This document shows, piece after piece, positions 10,177-20,823 of a stretch of 64,000 bases of DNA. The notes below the pieces were generated by a model. The model worked only from the letters and a program-made list of their open reading frames with translations. It was not told the origin of the DNA and did no database searches. Source of the stretch: Hydrurus foetidus (taxonomy: Eukaryota); NCBI GenBank assembly GCA_900617105.1, contig UYFQ01000004.1:1-64000 (forward strand), in the 5' to 3' direction. A program made the translations under genes and the position numbers. How positions within the stretch are numbered: position 1 is the first letter of the stretch; each line of letters begins with the position of its first letter.

Positions 10177-10282
10177 TTCTGCTGTTACGTTTTTATGATT
10201 AATAATGCGATGGATTCCCACATTCATTCATTAAATCATAAGAGCCGCCCATCCTGCCATTCAGGAGGCGCCTGGAGACACG

Positions 10283-11305
10283 ATGCAGCACAAGGTCGCG
10301 CTGGAACTATCCGGCCAACAACCGCCAACGGGTGCCCCCGCGCTCGCCAATGGCCCCGTAGTCGGAGCTTCGCCCCTGCAGTTACTGCAGTACGGCGACT
10401 TTCGCGCCGAAGTGGCACCGGAGATTGGCGGCTCGCTGGCCAGCCTGTTTTCAGTCCACCCCGCCACCGGCGAGTTCCGCCACTGGCTGCGCCCCGCCAG
10501 CGCTAAAGCGCTGGAGACCACCGATCCGTTGTTGATGTCGAGCTTTCCGTTGGTACCCTGGGCCAACCGCATCCGCAACGGACATTTCTTGTTTGAGGGC
10601 CGCAGCATCCAGTTGCGCGCCCACCAAGGTCTGGGGCCACACGCGATCCACGGCCTGGGCTGGACCACGGCCTGGGACATCGCGGCACGGTCCAATGCCC
10701 ATATCAACCTGCGCATGGCCTACGACGGCTCGGGCGCGTGGCCCTTTGCCTTTGCGGCCACCCAAAGCTACACACTGGACGAACGAGGCCTGCGCATCGA
10801 CATGGCCATCACCAACACCGGCACCGAGCGCATGCCCGCCGACATGGGCCATCACCCCTACCTGCCGCACGACAAGAGCGGGGCGGGCACCCGGGTGCTG
10901 GCCCAGGTAGACGGCATGTGGGAGAGCGATGCCGAGCTGTTGCCCACGCGCGTGGTGCCAAAACACCCGACCGTGCAAGCCCTGCAAAAGGGCATGCTGC
11001 TGCGGGATTTCAATCTGGACAACAACTTCACCGGCTTTGGCCGGCAGGCCGAGGTGCAGTGGCCCAATGGCGACCGCTTGCGCATGGAGTCCACCGCGCC
11101 CATGGACTACTTCGTCCTCTACTGCCCGCAGGACCAGGGTATCTTCTGCATGGAGCCGGTGTCCAACTGCACTGACTGGTTCAATCTGCGCCACAGCGCG
11201 CCAGACACGGCCGAACGGGATGCTGGCGGCAACGTGCTGGAGCCCGGCAAGACCCTGCGCGGCAGTCTGCGACTGCAACCCCTTCCGCTGGAGCCTGCAC
11301 GCTAG
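10283..11305 (+). CDS. Aldose 1-epimerase family protein
   Basis: FPLVPWANRI, HAIHGLGW, GHHPY and FCMEPVS motifs. Confidence 0.9.
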   Translation: MQHKVALELSGQQPPTGAPALANGPVVGASPLQLLQYGDFRAEVAPEIGGSLASLFSVHPATGEFRHWLRPASAKALETTDPLLMSSFPLVPWANRIRNGHFLFEGRSIQLRAHQGLGPHAIHGLGWTTAWDIAARSNAHINLRMAYDGSGAWPFAFAATQSYTLDERGLRIDMAITNTGTERMPADMGHHPYLPHDKSGAGTRVLAQVDGMWESDAELLPTRVVPKHPTVQALQKGMLLRDFNLDNNFTGFGRQAEVQWPNGDRLRMESTAPMDYFVLYCPQDQGIFCMEPVSNCTDWFNLRHSAPDTAERDAGGNVLEPGKTLRGSLRLQPLPLEPAR

Positions 11306-11343
11306 CCCCTCTTTTGTTTCGATAACGATAAGGAGACCGTTGG

Positions 11344-12927
11344 ATGAAAATTGCAACCCGCCTCATGCTGCTGGTCAGCATTGTGTCCGTGGCACTCATA
11401 GGCGTTGGCAGCCTGGGCCTGTATGGGATTAGCAAATCCAACGCCGCGCTACGGTCCGTGTATGAGGGGCGCACCGTGCCCACGGGCCAGTTGGGGTCCA
11501 TTGACTCCATGCTGAACGCCAACCGGCTGGCCATCTCGATTGCCTGGATCATGCCCACCCCGGAGATGATCGCGTCCAGCACCGCTACGGTAGAGAGCAA
11601 CAACGTGGCCATTGCCGCGGTACTCAAAACCTATATGGCCACCGCACTCACGGGTGAGGAAAACAAGCTGGCCCAGACCTTTGTAGAAGACAACCAGAAG
11701 TTTGTGCAGAAGGGCCTGGCCCCCGCGGTAGCGGCCCTGCGCGCCACCGATTTCAACGCGGTCAAACAGATTGTGGTGGAGGTGATCCCGCCGCTCTATG
11801 CCCCGGTCAAACAGGGCATTGACGCACTGAACCTATTGCAGCTACAAGAGGCGCAAAAGGAATACACCGACGAGGTGGCACGCTACGCCACCATTCGCGC
11901 GGTGTCGATTGCAGCCATCGTGGGCGGAATGGTGTTTGCCGCGGTGTTTGGCCTGGCCATGGCGCGATCCATCAGCCGCGAGCTGGGCGCTGAGCCGCAA
12001 GAAGCGGCCGAGGTGGCCCACCGCGTTGGTAGCGGAGATTTGAGCGTGGCCATCCCATTGCAGCCCGGCGACCGCACCAGCCTGATGGCCGAGCTGCAGG
12101 CCATGCAGACCAGCCTGCTGGCGGTCGTCTCCAGCGTGCGCCAAGGCAGCGAATCCGTAGCCACCGCCAGTGCCGAAATCGCCCAAGGCAACCACGACCT
12201 CTCTGCCCGCACAGAACAACAGGCCAGCGCCCTGGAAGAAACCGCTGCCAGCATGGAAGAACTAGGCTCCACCGTCAAACAAAACGCAGACTCCGCCCGC
12301 CAGGCCAATCAATTGGCCATGAATGCTTCAACCGTTGCCATTCAAGGCGGAGAAGTCGTCGGCCAAGTCGTTGAAACCATGAAAGGCATCAACGAGAGCA
12401 GTAGAAAGATCGCTGACATCATCAGCGTCATCGACGGAATCGCCTTCCAGACCAACATCCTGGCTTTGAATGCAGCCGTAGAAGCCGCCCGGGCCGGAGA
12501 ACAAGGAAGAGGCTTTGCCGTCGTTGCCTCAGAAGTCCGATCCCTAGCCGGACGGTCTGCCGAAGCGGCCAAGGAAATCAAATCCCTCATCGGAGCCAGC
12601 GTAGAACGCGTGGAACAGGGAACGGCCCTGGTGGACAAAGCAGGATCCACCATGACCGAGGTGGTCACCAGCATCAAACGGGTGACCGACATCATGGGAG
12701 AAATCTCAGCGGCCAGCAGTGAACAGAGTGCAGGCGTCTCCCAGGTGGGAGAAGCCGTGACCCAGATGGACCAGGCGACGCAGCAGAATGCAGCGCTGGT
12801 GGAGCAGATGGCAGCGGCAGCCAGTAGCCTGAAGGCTCAGGCGCAGGATCTGGTGCAGGTGGTGGCGGTGTTTAAGTTGGGCAACGAAGCATCCGGGCAC
12901 CGTAGGGAGTTGCTGGCCCTGGGCTGA
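11344..12927 (+). CDS. Methyl-accepting chemotaxis protein (Tar-like 4HB sensor)
   Basis: Two TM helices around a periplasmic domain; [30 protein letters not shown]. Confidence 0.95.
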   Translation: MKIATRLMLLVSIVSVALIGVGSLGLYGISKSNAALRSVYEGRTVPTGQLGSIDSMLNANRLAISIAWIMPTPEMIASSTATVESNNVAIAAVLKTYMATALTGEENKLAQTFVEDNQKFVQKGLAPAVAALRATDFNAVKQIVVEVIPPLYAPVKQGIDALNLLQLQEAQKEYTDEVARYATIRAVSIAAIVGGMVFAAVFGLAMARSISRELGAEPQEAAEVAHRVGSGDLSVAIPLQPGDRTSLMAELQAMQTSLLAVVSSVRQGSESVATASAEIAQGNHDLSARTEQQASALEETAASMEELGSTVKQNADSARQANQLAMNASTVAIQGGEVVGQVVETMKGINESSRKIADIISVIDGIAFQTNILALNAAVEAARAGEQGRGFAVVASEVRSLAGRSAEAAKEIKSLIGASVERVEQGTALVDKAGSTMTEVVTSIKRVTDIMGEISAASSEQSAGVSQVGEAVTQMDQATQQNAALVEQMAAAASSLKAQAQDLVQVVAVFKLGNEASGHRRELLALG

Positions 12928-12946
12928 ACTGGGTACAGTGCGGACC

Positions 12947-13891
12947 ATGCACTTTCTTGACGCACGACACCCGCAATTCGCCACCCTGCTGGCTGCTGAC
13001 GCCACCGTAGAGCAACTTGCCAGCGGCTGTAAATGGGCCGAAGGCCCGGCCTACCTGGCGGCCCAACGCTGCGTGGTCTGGAGCGATATTCCCAACGACC
13101 GCATGCTGCGCTGGGACGAGGACACGGGCGTGGTCAACACCTACCGCAGCCCGTCGCGCTTCGCCAACGGCCACACACTGGACCACGCAGGCCGGCTGGT
13201 GAGCTGCGAGCATGGTTCGCGCAGCGTCACCCGGCTGGAAGCAGACGGCAGCACCACGGTGCTGGCCAGCCACTGGCAAGGCCAACCGCTGAACAGCCCC
13301 AACGATGTGGTGGTGGCGCGCGACGGTGCTATCTGGTTCACCGACCCCACGTACGGCATCGACAACGACTACGAAGGCCACCGCGCCGACAGTGCGATTG
13401 GCGCCTGCCACGTGTACCGCGTGGACCCCGCGAGTGGCAGCTGCGAGGCGGTGCTGACGGACTTTGTGCGACCCAACGGTCTGGCCTTCAACGCGGACGA
13501 GAGCCGACTCTACGTGGCCGACACCGGACGCACGCATTACGCCGATGGCCCCAAGCACCTCCGCATGTTCAACGTAGGGCCGGGTTATGCCCTGTCAGGC
13601 GGCGCAGTGTTTGCCGATTGCGATGTGGGTCTGTTTGACGGCTTGCGCATCGACGCACTGGGCCGGGTGTGGACCAGTGCGGGCGACGGCGTGCACTGTT
13701 ATGCGCCGAGTGGCGCGCTGCTGGGCAAGCTGCTGCTACCCGAGCCGGCCGCCAATCTGGTGTTTGGTGGCGTCAGTGGCTGCGACCTGTTTATCTGCGC
13801 CACCAGCGCGCTTTACCGCGTGCGGCTGACCTCGGACTGGGCCACTTCTAGCGCGTCGATAAACATGGCCGCCACGTCAAAGCCGGTCTGA
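12947..13891 (+). CDS. SMP-30/gluconolactonase/LRE family protein
   Basis: WAEGP, WSDIPNDR, NSPNDVV, WFTDPTYG, PNGLAF and FDG motifs. Confidence 0.92.
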   Translation: MHFLDARHPQFATLLAADATVEQLASGCKWAEGPAYLAAQRCVVWSDIPNDRMLRWDEDTGVVNTYRSPSRFANGHTLDHAGRLVSCEHGSRSVTRLEADGSTTVLASHWQGQPLNSPNDVVVARDGAIWFTDPTYGIDNDYEGHRADSAIGACHVYRVDPASGSCEAVLTDFVRPNGLAFNADESRLYVADTGRTHYADGPKHLRMFNVGPGYALSGGAVFADCDVGLFDGLRIDALGRVWTSAGDGVHCYAPSGALLGKLLLPEPAANLVFGGVSGCDLFICATSALYRVRLTSDWATSSASINMAATSKPV

Positions 13892-14772
13892 TCGGCAATT
13901 TCCTGAAAGCAGGTCGGGCTGGTGACGTTGATCTCGGTCAGGCTGTCACCAATCACGTCCAGCCCCACGAGCAATAGCCCCCGCGCAGCCAGAATGGGCC
14001 CCAGCGCCTCGGCAATGGCACGGTCAGTCGCACTGAGTGGCTGGGCCACGCCCTTGCCGCCGGCCGCCAGGTTGCCACGCACCTCGCCGCCCTGCGGAAT
14101 GCGCGCCAGGCTGTACGGCACGGGCTTGCCGCCAATCACCAACACGCGCTTGTCGCCTTCGCTGATGGCGGGCAAAAACTTCTGCACCATCAGGGTCTGG
14201 GCGCCGTCCTTGTTCAGCGTCTCGATGATGCCACCTAGGTTCAGGCCATCATCTTTCACGCGGAAGATGCCCATGCCGCCCATGCCGTCCAGCGGCTTCA
14301 AGATGATGTCGCGGTGCTCGGCGTGGAAGGCACGCACGGCTTCTGGATCGCGCGTCACCAACGTGGGGCCGATGAACTGGGGGAACTCCAGAATCGCCAG
14401 CTTCTCGGGATGGTCGCGCAGGGCGCGCGGCTTGTTGAAGACCTTGGCGCCTTCGCGCTCGGCCTGTTCCAGCAGGTGGGTGGCGTAGAAGAACTCGGAG
14501 TCAAACGGCGGATCTTTGCGCATGACCACGGCGTCAAAATCCTTGATCGCCACGGTGTCGGCCACCTCGGTGAACCACGCCTTGGCATCGCCGGTGAGCG
14601 TGATGCGGCGCACCGCCGCCTGCACCACACCGCCGCGCTGCCACACCAGGTGGCGGGGCTCGCAGGCAATGATGCGGTGGCCGCGGCGCTGGGCCTCGCG
14701 CATCATGGCAAAGGTGGTGTCCTTGTAGATCTTGAAGGATTCCAGCGGATCGGCAACAAACAGAATGTCCAT
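13813..14772 (-). CDS. gshB: Glutathione synthetase
   Basis: KDTTFAMM, MRKDPPFD, KPLDGMGG, RGNLAAGG, EINVTSPT. Confidence 0.96.
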   Translation of the reverse strand: MDILFVADPLESFKIYKDTTFAMMREAQRRGHRIIACEPRHLVWQRGGVVQAAVRRITLTGDAKAWFTEVADTVAIKDFDAVVMRKDPPFDSEFFYATHLLEQAEREGAKVFNKPRALRDHPEKLAILEFPQFIGPTLVTRDPEAVRAFHAEHRDIILKPLDGMGGMGIFRVKDDGLNLGGIIETLNKDGAQTLMVQKFLPAISEGDKRVLVIGGKPVPYSLARIPQGGEVRGNLAAGGKGVAQPLSATDRAIAEALGPILAARGLLLVGLDVIGDSLTEINVTSPTCFQEIADQTGFDVAAMFIDALEVAQSEVSRTR

Positions 14773-14813
14773 GGTGACTCTCGGTAAAGGCTGCAAAAAA
14801 CTGACGGCATAGC

Positions 14814-16031
14814 TCAGGCGGTGGTGGCGGGCTTGCGGCCGTAGTGTTGCACCAGCAGCGCCAGCGCGCCCGCCACGACGCCCCAGAACGCCGAGCCCAC
14901 GCCGGCAATGACCACGCCACTGAGCGTGACCAGGAAGGTGATGAGGGCGGCTTCGCGGTTGGCGTCGTCCTTGAGCGCAGCCGTCAGTGCGCCACCGATG
15001 GTGCCCAACAACGCCAGCCCCGCAATGGCGGCGACCAGTTCTTTGGGGAAGGCGGTGAGCACGCCCGTGATGGCGGCACCAAACAGGCCGATCACGATGT
15101 AAATGGCACCGCACGACACAGCGGCGGTGTAGCGACGTGCAGGGTTGCTGTGCGCCTCGGGTCCCATGCAGATGGCGGCGGTGATCGCGCTGAGGTTGAT
15201 GGCAAAAGCACCAAACGGTGCCAGCACCAACGTGGCCAGACCGGTGAGCGTGATGACCTTGGAAATGGGAATGCCTGCGTCGCCGCCTTGCGCGCGACGG
15301 TCCGCATAGCCAGCGGCCTGAATGGCGGCCACACCCGGCAGATTCTGCGAGGCCATGGTCACCACAAACAGGGGCAGCGACAGGCTGATGAAGGCTGCCA
15401 TCGAGAAGTGCGGGCTGATGAAGACTGGCCATGTCAAGCCAAAAGCGATGTCAGCCCGCGTAAAGCCTGCGCCACCAGCTACAAAAACAATAGCAACCAG
15501 CAGCGTAAGCGGCACGGCGTACCGAGGCGCAAAGCGCTTACCCAGCAGGTAGGCAACGACCATGGTGGCCACCAGGGGCAAGGCGGTTTGTGCGGCACCA
15601 AAGCCCGACAGGCCAAAGCGCGCCAGTACACCCGCCAACAGGGCCGAGGCCAGCGCCAGCGGAATCCGGTTCATCACCCGCTCAAACCAGCCGGTGGCGC
15701 CCACCAGGGTGATTAGCAGCGCACACAGGATGAAGGCGCCCACGGCGTCCGCCATGTTGAAGCCACCGGCCAGACCAGCAGACGCCAGCACGGCAGCACC
15801 GGGCGTGCTCCAGGCCACCATGACGGGTTTTTTGAGCCACAGCGAGGGAACCACGGTGCACAAACCCATGCCAATGCTCAGCGCCCACATCCACGAGGCG
15901 ATCATCTCGGGCGTGGCGCCAAAGGCCTGGGCCGCCTGGAAGACGATGGCCACCGAACTGGTAAAGCCCACCAGCACGGCCACAAAGCCAGCCGTGAAGG
16001 CCGAGAGACTCAGGTCTTTGAAAAACTGCAT
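14814..16031 (-). CDS. benE: BenE-family benzoate/H+ symporter
   Basis: AWSTPGAA, VTMASQNLPG, INLSAITAAIC, AFWG. Confidence 0.9.
   Translation of the reverse strand: MQFFKDLSLSAFTAGFVAVLVGFTSSVAIVFQAAQAFGATPEMIASWMWALSIGMGLCTVVPSLWLKKPVMVAWSTPGAAVLASAGLAGGFNMADAVGAFILCALLITLVGATGWFERVMNRIPLALASALLAGVLARFGLSGFGAAQTALPLVATMVVAYLLGKRFAPRYAVPLTLLVAIVFVAGGAGFTRADIAFGLTWPVFISPHFSMAAFISLSLPLFVVTMASQNLPGVAAIQAAGYADRRAQGGDAGIPISKVITLTGLATLVLAPFGAFAINLSAITAAICMGPEAHSNPARRYTAAVSCGAIYIVIGLFGAAITGVLTAFPKELVAAIAGLALLGTIGGALTAALKDDANREAALITFLVTLSGVVIAGVGSAFWGVVAGALALLVQHYGRKPATTA
15432..15494 (-). repeat. Dispersed ~63-bp motif, copy 2 (inside benE)
   Basis: gctattgtttttgtagc tggtggcgc aggcttt acgcgggctga catcgctttt. 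Confidence 0.8.
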
Positions 16032-16080
16032 CAGACTTGATTTGTGCGGGATAGCGCGAAAGAGCCGTCGCGCACGCTTG

Positions 16081-17949
16081 TTAGATTTCGATTTTGGAGC
16101 CCAGCTCCACCACGGAGTTGTTTGGCAGGTTCAGGAAGTCTGCCGCGGCGCTGGCATTGTGGTGCATTTGCGCAAATAGCTTCTCGCGCCACGGTGCCAT
16201 CCCCTCGCCCAGCGTGGGTACCACGGTGTCACGCGACAAAAAGTAGCTGGTGCTCATGACATTCATGTCGCAACCGCGGCCCTTGATTTGCGCCAACGCC
16301 TTGGGCAGATCGGGATCGTTCTTGAAGCCATAGTGCACCACCACCTGCCAGCAGGCGTGGCCCAGCGAGTCGATCTGCAGGCGCTTGTCCAGCCCGATCC
16401 AGGGCACCTCGTGGTTGCACACGGTCACAAACAGGTTGCTCTCGTGCAGCACCTTGTTGTGTTTGAGGTTGTGCAGCAGCGCGTTGGGCACGGTACCTTT
16501 ATCGGCGGTCAGAAACACGGCCGTGCCTTCCACTCGCGCGGGCGGGCTCACGAACACCGCTTCCAGAAAGCTCGGCAGGTCCAGCGCGTCGGCACGCAAC
16601 TTTTCGTTGAGCAGGCGCCGGCCATCCTTCCAGGTCATCATCAGCGTGAAAATAGCGCCACCAATCATCAGCGGGAACCAGCCGCCGTCGAACAGTTTGA
16701 GCAGGTTAGAGGCCCAGAACGCAAAGTCCACAATAAAGAAAAAGCCGGTCGCCGCGATGCAGAGCCAAAGTGGGTACTTCCAGCTGTAGCGGATGACGTA
16801 GAAAGTAAGTACCGTGGTGATGAGCATGTCGGTGCAGACTGCAATGCCGTAGGCGGCGGCCAGGTTGCTTGACGACTTGAACATCACCACCGCCAGCACA
16901 ATAGCGGCGAACAAACCCCAATTCACAAACGGCAGGTAGATTTGGCCGGTTTCTTTGACACTGGTGTGGGTGATCTGCAGGCGCGGCAAATACCCGAGTT
17001 GGATGACCTGCTTGGTAACTGAGAAGGCGCCCGAGATCAGCGCCTGCGAGGCGATGACCGTGGCCATGGTGGCCAGCCCGACCAGGGGCAGCAGCGCCCA
17101 GTCGGGCGCCATCAGAAAGAAGGGATTTTTCACCGCCTCGGGGTTTTGCAGCAGCAGCGCGCCCTGGCCAAAGTAGTTCAGCGTGAGAGAGGGCATAACC
17201 ACCGAGAACCAGGCCAGACGGATCGGCTTTTTGCCAAAGTGGCCCATGTCGGCATAGAGCGCCTCACCACCGGTGACACACAACACCACGGCGCCCAGGA
17301 TGATGAAGGTGGTGCCAGGGTTGTTCCAGATGAAGCTCAATGCATAGACCGGGCTGATGGCCCAGAGGATGGTCGGGTTGTCCATGATGTGGCTCACGCC
17401 CAGCACGGAGATCACCGCAAACCACACCACGGTGATGGGGCCAAAGAACTTGCCAATGCCAGCGGTGCCGCGCTTTTGCACAAAGAACAGACCGAACAAG
17501 ATCACCAGGGTCAGCGGGATGACGTAGCGCTTGAACCCGGGCGAGATGACCTCCAGGCCCTCCACTGCCGACAACACCGAGATGGCCGGGGTGATGACGC
17601 CATCACCATAGAACAGGCAGGTGCCGAAGATGCCCACGATGAGCAGCACGCGGCGCAGCTTTGGCCGGTGTTTGACCGACTGGGATGCCAGCGCCAGCAT
17701 GGCCACCAAGCCGCCTTCGCCATGGTTGTCGGCCCGCAGCACCAGCACCACGTACTTGATGGAGACGATGACCGTGAGGGTCCAGAAGAAAATGGAAAGG
17801 ATGCCGTAGACGTTGTCTGGCGTGAAAGGCACATGGCCGGAGCCAAACACCTCTTTCATGGCGTACAGCACGCTGGTACCGATGTCGCCGTAAACCACGC
17901 CGATGGCGCCCAGCGTAAGTGCTGTGAGAGACGATTTTGATGCTGACAC
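16081..17949 (-). CDS. kup: Potassium transporter Kup
   Basis: [44 protein letters not shown] start is an estimate. Confidence 0.96.
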   Translation of the reverse strand: MSASKSSLTALTLGAIGVVYGDIGTSVLYAMKEVFGSGHVPFTPDNVYGILSIFFWTLTVIVSIKYVVLVLRADNHGEGGLVAMLALASQSVKHRPKLRRVLLIVGIFGTCLFYGDGVITPAISVLSAVEGLEVISPGFKRYVIPLTLVILFGLFFVQKRGTAGIGKFFGPITVVWFAVISVLGVSHIMDNPTILWAISPVYALSFIWNNPGTTFIILGAVVLCVTGGEALYADMGHFGKKPIRLAWFSVVMPSLTLNYFGQGALLLQNPEAVKNPFFLMAPDWALLPLVGLATMATVIASQALISGAFSVTKQVIQLGYLPRLQITHTSVKETGQIYLPFVNWGLFAAIVLAVVMFKSSSNLAAAYGIAVCTDMLITTVLTFYVIRYSWKYPLWLCIAATGFFFIVDFAFWASNLLKLFDGGWFPLMIGGAIFTLMMTWKDGRRLLNEKLRADALDLPSFLEAVFVSPPARVEGTAVFLTADKGTVPNALLHNLKHNKVLHESNLFVTVCNHEVPWIGLDKRLQIDSLGHACWQVVVHYGFKNDPDLPKALAQIKGRGCDMNVMSTSYFLSRDTVVPTLGEGMAPWREKLFAQMHHNASAAADFLNLPNNSVVELGSKIEI

Positions 17950-18109
17950 AAATTGACCCGGCCGGCAGGCGCCGCCGGGTTCCATTCCGTTGGGGATCGC
18001 TATTTTGCTCCCGGACCCTGGGGCCGCAAGAAAGCAATCGCCAAATTCAGCGGAAATTCAACGCATGTTGCAGCGCAGCAACTGGCACTCCAAAATGGGT
18101 TGACGTGCC

Positions 18110-19396
18110 TCAGTCGTAGCGCTCTGCATCGGGATCGGTGGCTTCCAGCTCGTAGCTGGCGGCCAGCATGGCCAGGCGGCCAATGACCCCGTACATATAG
18201 AAGCGGTTGGGCGCGCTGGCCCCGGGTTTGACGCCGGGTTGGGGTAAGTGTGTACTCTCAGCAAACGCCAATGGCACGTAGCTGGCGCCTGGCGCGCTGA
18301 GGTTTTCGTCAATGCCGCGCTCGGCGTGCATGCGGTAGAAGCCGCCCACCACGTAGCGGTCCATCATGTAGACCACGGGCTCGGCCACGGCGTCGTTCAC
18401 GCGTTCGTTGGTTTGCACGCCCTCTTGCAAGATCAGCTCCAGCGGGTCGGGCGAGGCATCCAGCCCGGCGCCCAGCTTGCGCAGCTTGGCGTCCAGGTCC
18501 TTGGTGTCGCGCACGGTCAGAATGGCGTTGCCGCTGGTGCGGTTGTCGGCCTTGATGACGAGGAAGGGGCGTTCCTTGATGCCGTATTCCTTGTACTTCT
18601 TCTTCACCTTGGTCAGCATCGCGTCCACGCGCTGGTGCAGCGCCTCCACGCCTTGCGGCGTGCCCAGGTCAGCCACGCCGTATTTGTCAAACATCGGCGT
18701 AATCAGCCAGGAGTCCACACCGATCAGCTTGCCGAAGCGCTTGGCCACCTCTTCGTAGCACTTGAAGTGGGTGCTCTTGCGCCGCGTGGTCCAGCTGGCG
18801 TGCAGCGGGGGCAGCAGGTACTGCTCGTTCAGGTCTTCCAGAATGCCGGGAACGCCGCTGCGCAGGTCGTTGTTCAGCAGGATGGTGCAGGGGTCAAAGT
18901 CCTTCAGCCCCAGGCGGCCCTTGGTGCGGATCACCGGCTCCAGTGTGATGCTCTCACCATTGGGCAGCTCGATGGTGGTACTTTTCTTGATGTCGGGGCT
19001 AATGGAGCCGATGCGCACATTCAGGCCTGCCATGTGGAAAATGCGGCGCAACTGGGCCAGGTTGCTCATCTGGGAGGTGCTGCGGGCGCCGTTCTCCGGC
19101 ACGATGAGCAGGTTGCGCGCCTCGGGGCAGATCTTCTCGATGGCAGCCTGCGCGGCCTGCACGGCCAGCGGCAGCATGGCGGGGGTCAGGTTGGTCCAAC
19201 CACCAGGGAAAAAGTTGGTGTCTACCGGGGCCAGCTTGAAGCCGGCGTTGCGCACATCCACGGCCGTATAGAAAGGCGGAGTGTGCTCCATCCACTCCAG
19301 CCGAAACCAGCGTTCGATGGCGGGCATGGAGTCCAGAACCCGTTGTTCGAGTTCATTGATGGGGCCTGTCAGGGCGGTAACGAGGTGCGGAACCAT
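18110..19396 (-). CDS. gshA: Glutamate--cysteine ligase (betaproteobacterial GshA type)
   Basis: MVPHLVTALTGP, PPFYxxVDVRNAGFKLAPVDTN, NRFYMYGVIGRLA. Confidence 0.9.
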   Translation of the reverse strand: MVPHLVTALTGPINELEQRVLDSMPAIERWFRLEWMEHTPPFYTAVDVRNAGFKLAPVDTNFFPGGWTNLTPAMLPLAVQAAQAAIEKICPEARNLLIVPENGARSTSQMSNLAQLRRIFHMAGLNVRIGSISPDIKKSTTIELPNGESITLEPVIRTKGRLGLKDFDPCTILLNNDLRSGVPGILEDLNEQYLLPPLHASWTTRRKSTHFKCYEEVAKRFGKLIGVDSWLITPMFDKYGVADLGTPQGVEALHQRVDAMLTKVKKKYKEYGIKERPFLVIKADNRTSGNAILTVRDTKDLDAKLRKLGAGLDASPDPLELILQEGVQTNERVNDAVAEPVVYMMDRYVVGGFYRMHAERGIDENLSAPGASYVPLAFAESTHLPQPGVKPGASAPNRFYMYGVIGRLAMLAASYELEATDPDAERYD

Positions 19397-19491
19397 ACGG
19401 CGCTTTCAATAAAAGTCACCCATTCTAGGGGTCGCCCCTAGGTGGTGAAGCTTGGACCGATTTCAAGGCCCGCGCCGCCACACACCCGTAT

Positions 19492-20823
19492 TTAAGTGCG
19501 CACTTCGCCTTCGCCCAGCACCACGTACTTCAGCGAGGTCAGCCCCTCAATGCCCACCGGCCCGCGGGCGTGAAATTTGTCAGTGCTGATGCCGATTTCG
19601 GCACCCAGGCCAAATTCAAAGCCATCGGCAAAGCGCGTGCTGGTATTCACCATCACGCTGGCCGAGTCCACTTCGCGCAGGAAGCGCTGGGCGTGCATGT
19701 GGTCGCGCGTGAGGATGGCGTCGGTGTGGTGGCTGCTGTATTTGTTGATGTGGGCAATGGCTTCGTCCAAGCCGTCCACCACCTTGATGCTGACGATGGG
19801 CGCCAGGTACTCCTCGTACCAGTCGCTCTCCTGGGCAGGCACCAGGGCTCCCGCTCGGGCTGAGCCTGTCGAAGCCCCTGCGAGCCCTTCGACAGGCTCA
19901 GGGCGAACGGAGGTTTGAAGAATCGCCAGCGCCTCGGGGTCACAGCGCATCTCCACACCCTTGGCGGCATAGACCGCGCCGATCAGCGGCAAAAACTGGG
20001 CCGCCGCACCGCGCGCCACCAGCAGGCCTTCAGCGGCGTTGCAGGGGCTGTACTTGTTGGTCTTGGCGTTGTCTGCCACCTTGACGGCCATGGCGATGTC
20101 GCAGGGGTCGTCCACATACACATGGCAGTTGCCGTCCAGGTGCTTGATGACTGGCACCTTGGCGTCGCGGCTGATGCGCTCGATCAGGCCCTTGCCGCCG
20201 CGCGGAATGATCACATCCACATACTGCGGCATGGTGATGAGGTGGCCCACCACCTCGCGGTCGGTGGTCTGCACCAGTTGCACAGCGTCGGCAGGCAGGC
20301 CGGCTTCCTCCAGCGCCTGCTGCACCAGCTTGGCCAGCGCCTTGTTGGACTCAATCGCCTCGGAGCCGCCGCGCAGAATGCAGGCATTGCCGCTCTTGAT
20401 CGACAGGCTGGCCGCCTCAATCGTCACATTCGGGCGGCTCTCGAAAATCATGCCAAACACGCCAATCGGCACGCGCATCTGCCCCACACGGATACCGCTG
20501 GGCTGCTGCTTCATGCCAATGATCTCGCCAATCACATCGGCCATCGCCGCCAGCTGCTCGCAGCCCTGCGCACAGGTTTCCAGCACTTTGGGCGTCAATT
20601 TCAATCGGTCCACCATGGGCGCAGCCAGGCCGTTGGCGATGGCGCGCTCAATGTCTTTGGCGTTGTCCACCTGCAGCGCCGCCGTGTTCTCGCGCAGCAA
20701 GCGCGCCAGGGTGCGGAGCGCTACGTTTTTTGTAGCTGTCGGCGCGCGCGCCATGAGGGCTGAGGCCACTTTTGCCTGCAAACCGAGGGCGTGGGTGTAT
20801 TCGGTGATGTTGGTCGCATTCAT
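19492..20823 (-). CDS. proA: Gamma-glutamyl phosphate reductase, carrying an in-frame 20-codon palindromic insertion
   Basis: [50 protein letters not shown]. Confidence 0.96.
   Translation of the reverse strand: MNATNITEYTHALGLQAKVASALMARAPTATKNVALRTLARLLRENTAALQVDNAKDIERAIANGLAAPMVDRLKLTPKVLETCAQGCEQLAAMADVIGEIIGMKQQPSGIRVGQMRVPIGVFGMIFESRPNVTIEAASLSIKSGNACILRGGSEAIESNKALAKLVQQALEEAGLPADAVQLVQTTDREVVGHLITMPQYVDVIIPRGGKGLIERISRDAKVPVIKHLDGNCHVYVDDPCDIAMAVKVADNAKTNKYSPCNAAEGLLVARGAAAQFLPLIGAVYAAKGVEMRCDPEALAILQTSVRPEPVEGLAGASTGSARAGALVPAQESDWYEEYLAPIVSIKVVDGLDEAIAHINKYSSHHTDAILTRDHMHAQRFLREVDSASVMVNTSTRFADGFEFGLGAEIGISTDKFHARGPVGIEGLTSLKYVVLGEGEVRT
19851..19910. repeat. REP-like palindromic element in frame within proA
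   Basis: 24-bp arms CCGCTCGGGCTGAGCCTGTCGAAG / CTTCGACAGGCTCAGGGCGAACGG (15-bp perfect core) around a 12-nt loop. Confidence 0.8.
20720..20782 (+). repeat. Dispersed ~63-bp motif, copy 3 (inside proA, antisense)
   Basis: gctacgttttttgtagc tgtcggcgc gcgcgcc atgagggctga ggccactttt. Confidence 0.8.

Noticed and set aside
16164..16190. Further partial matches to the 63-bp motif (here, ~21468-21495 and ~39495-39515)
   Set aside because: Each matches only one or two blocks and lacks the rest at the required spacing.
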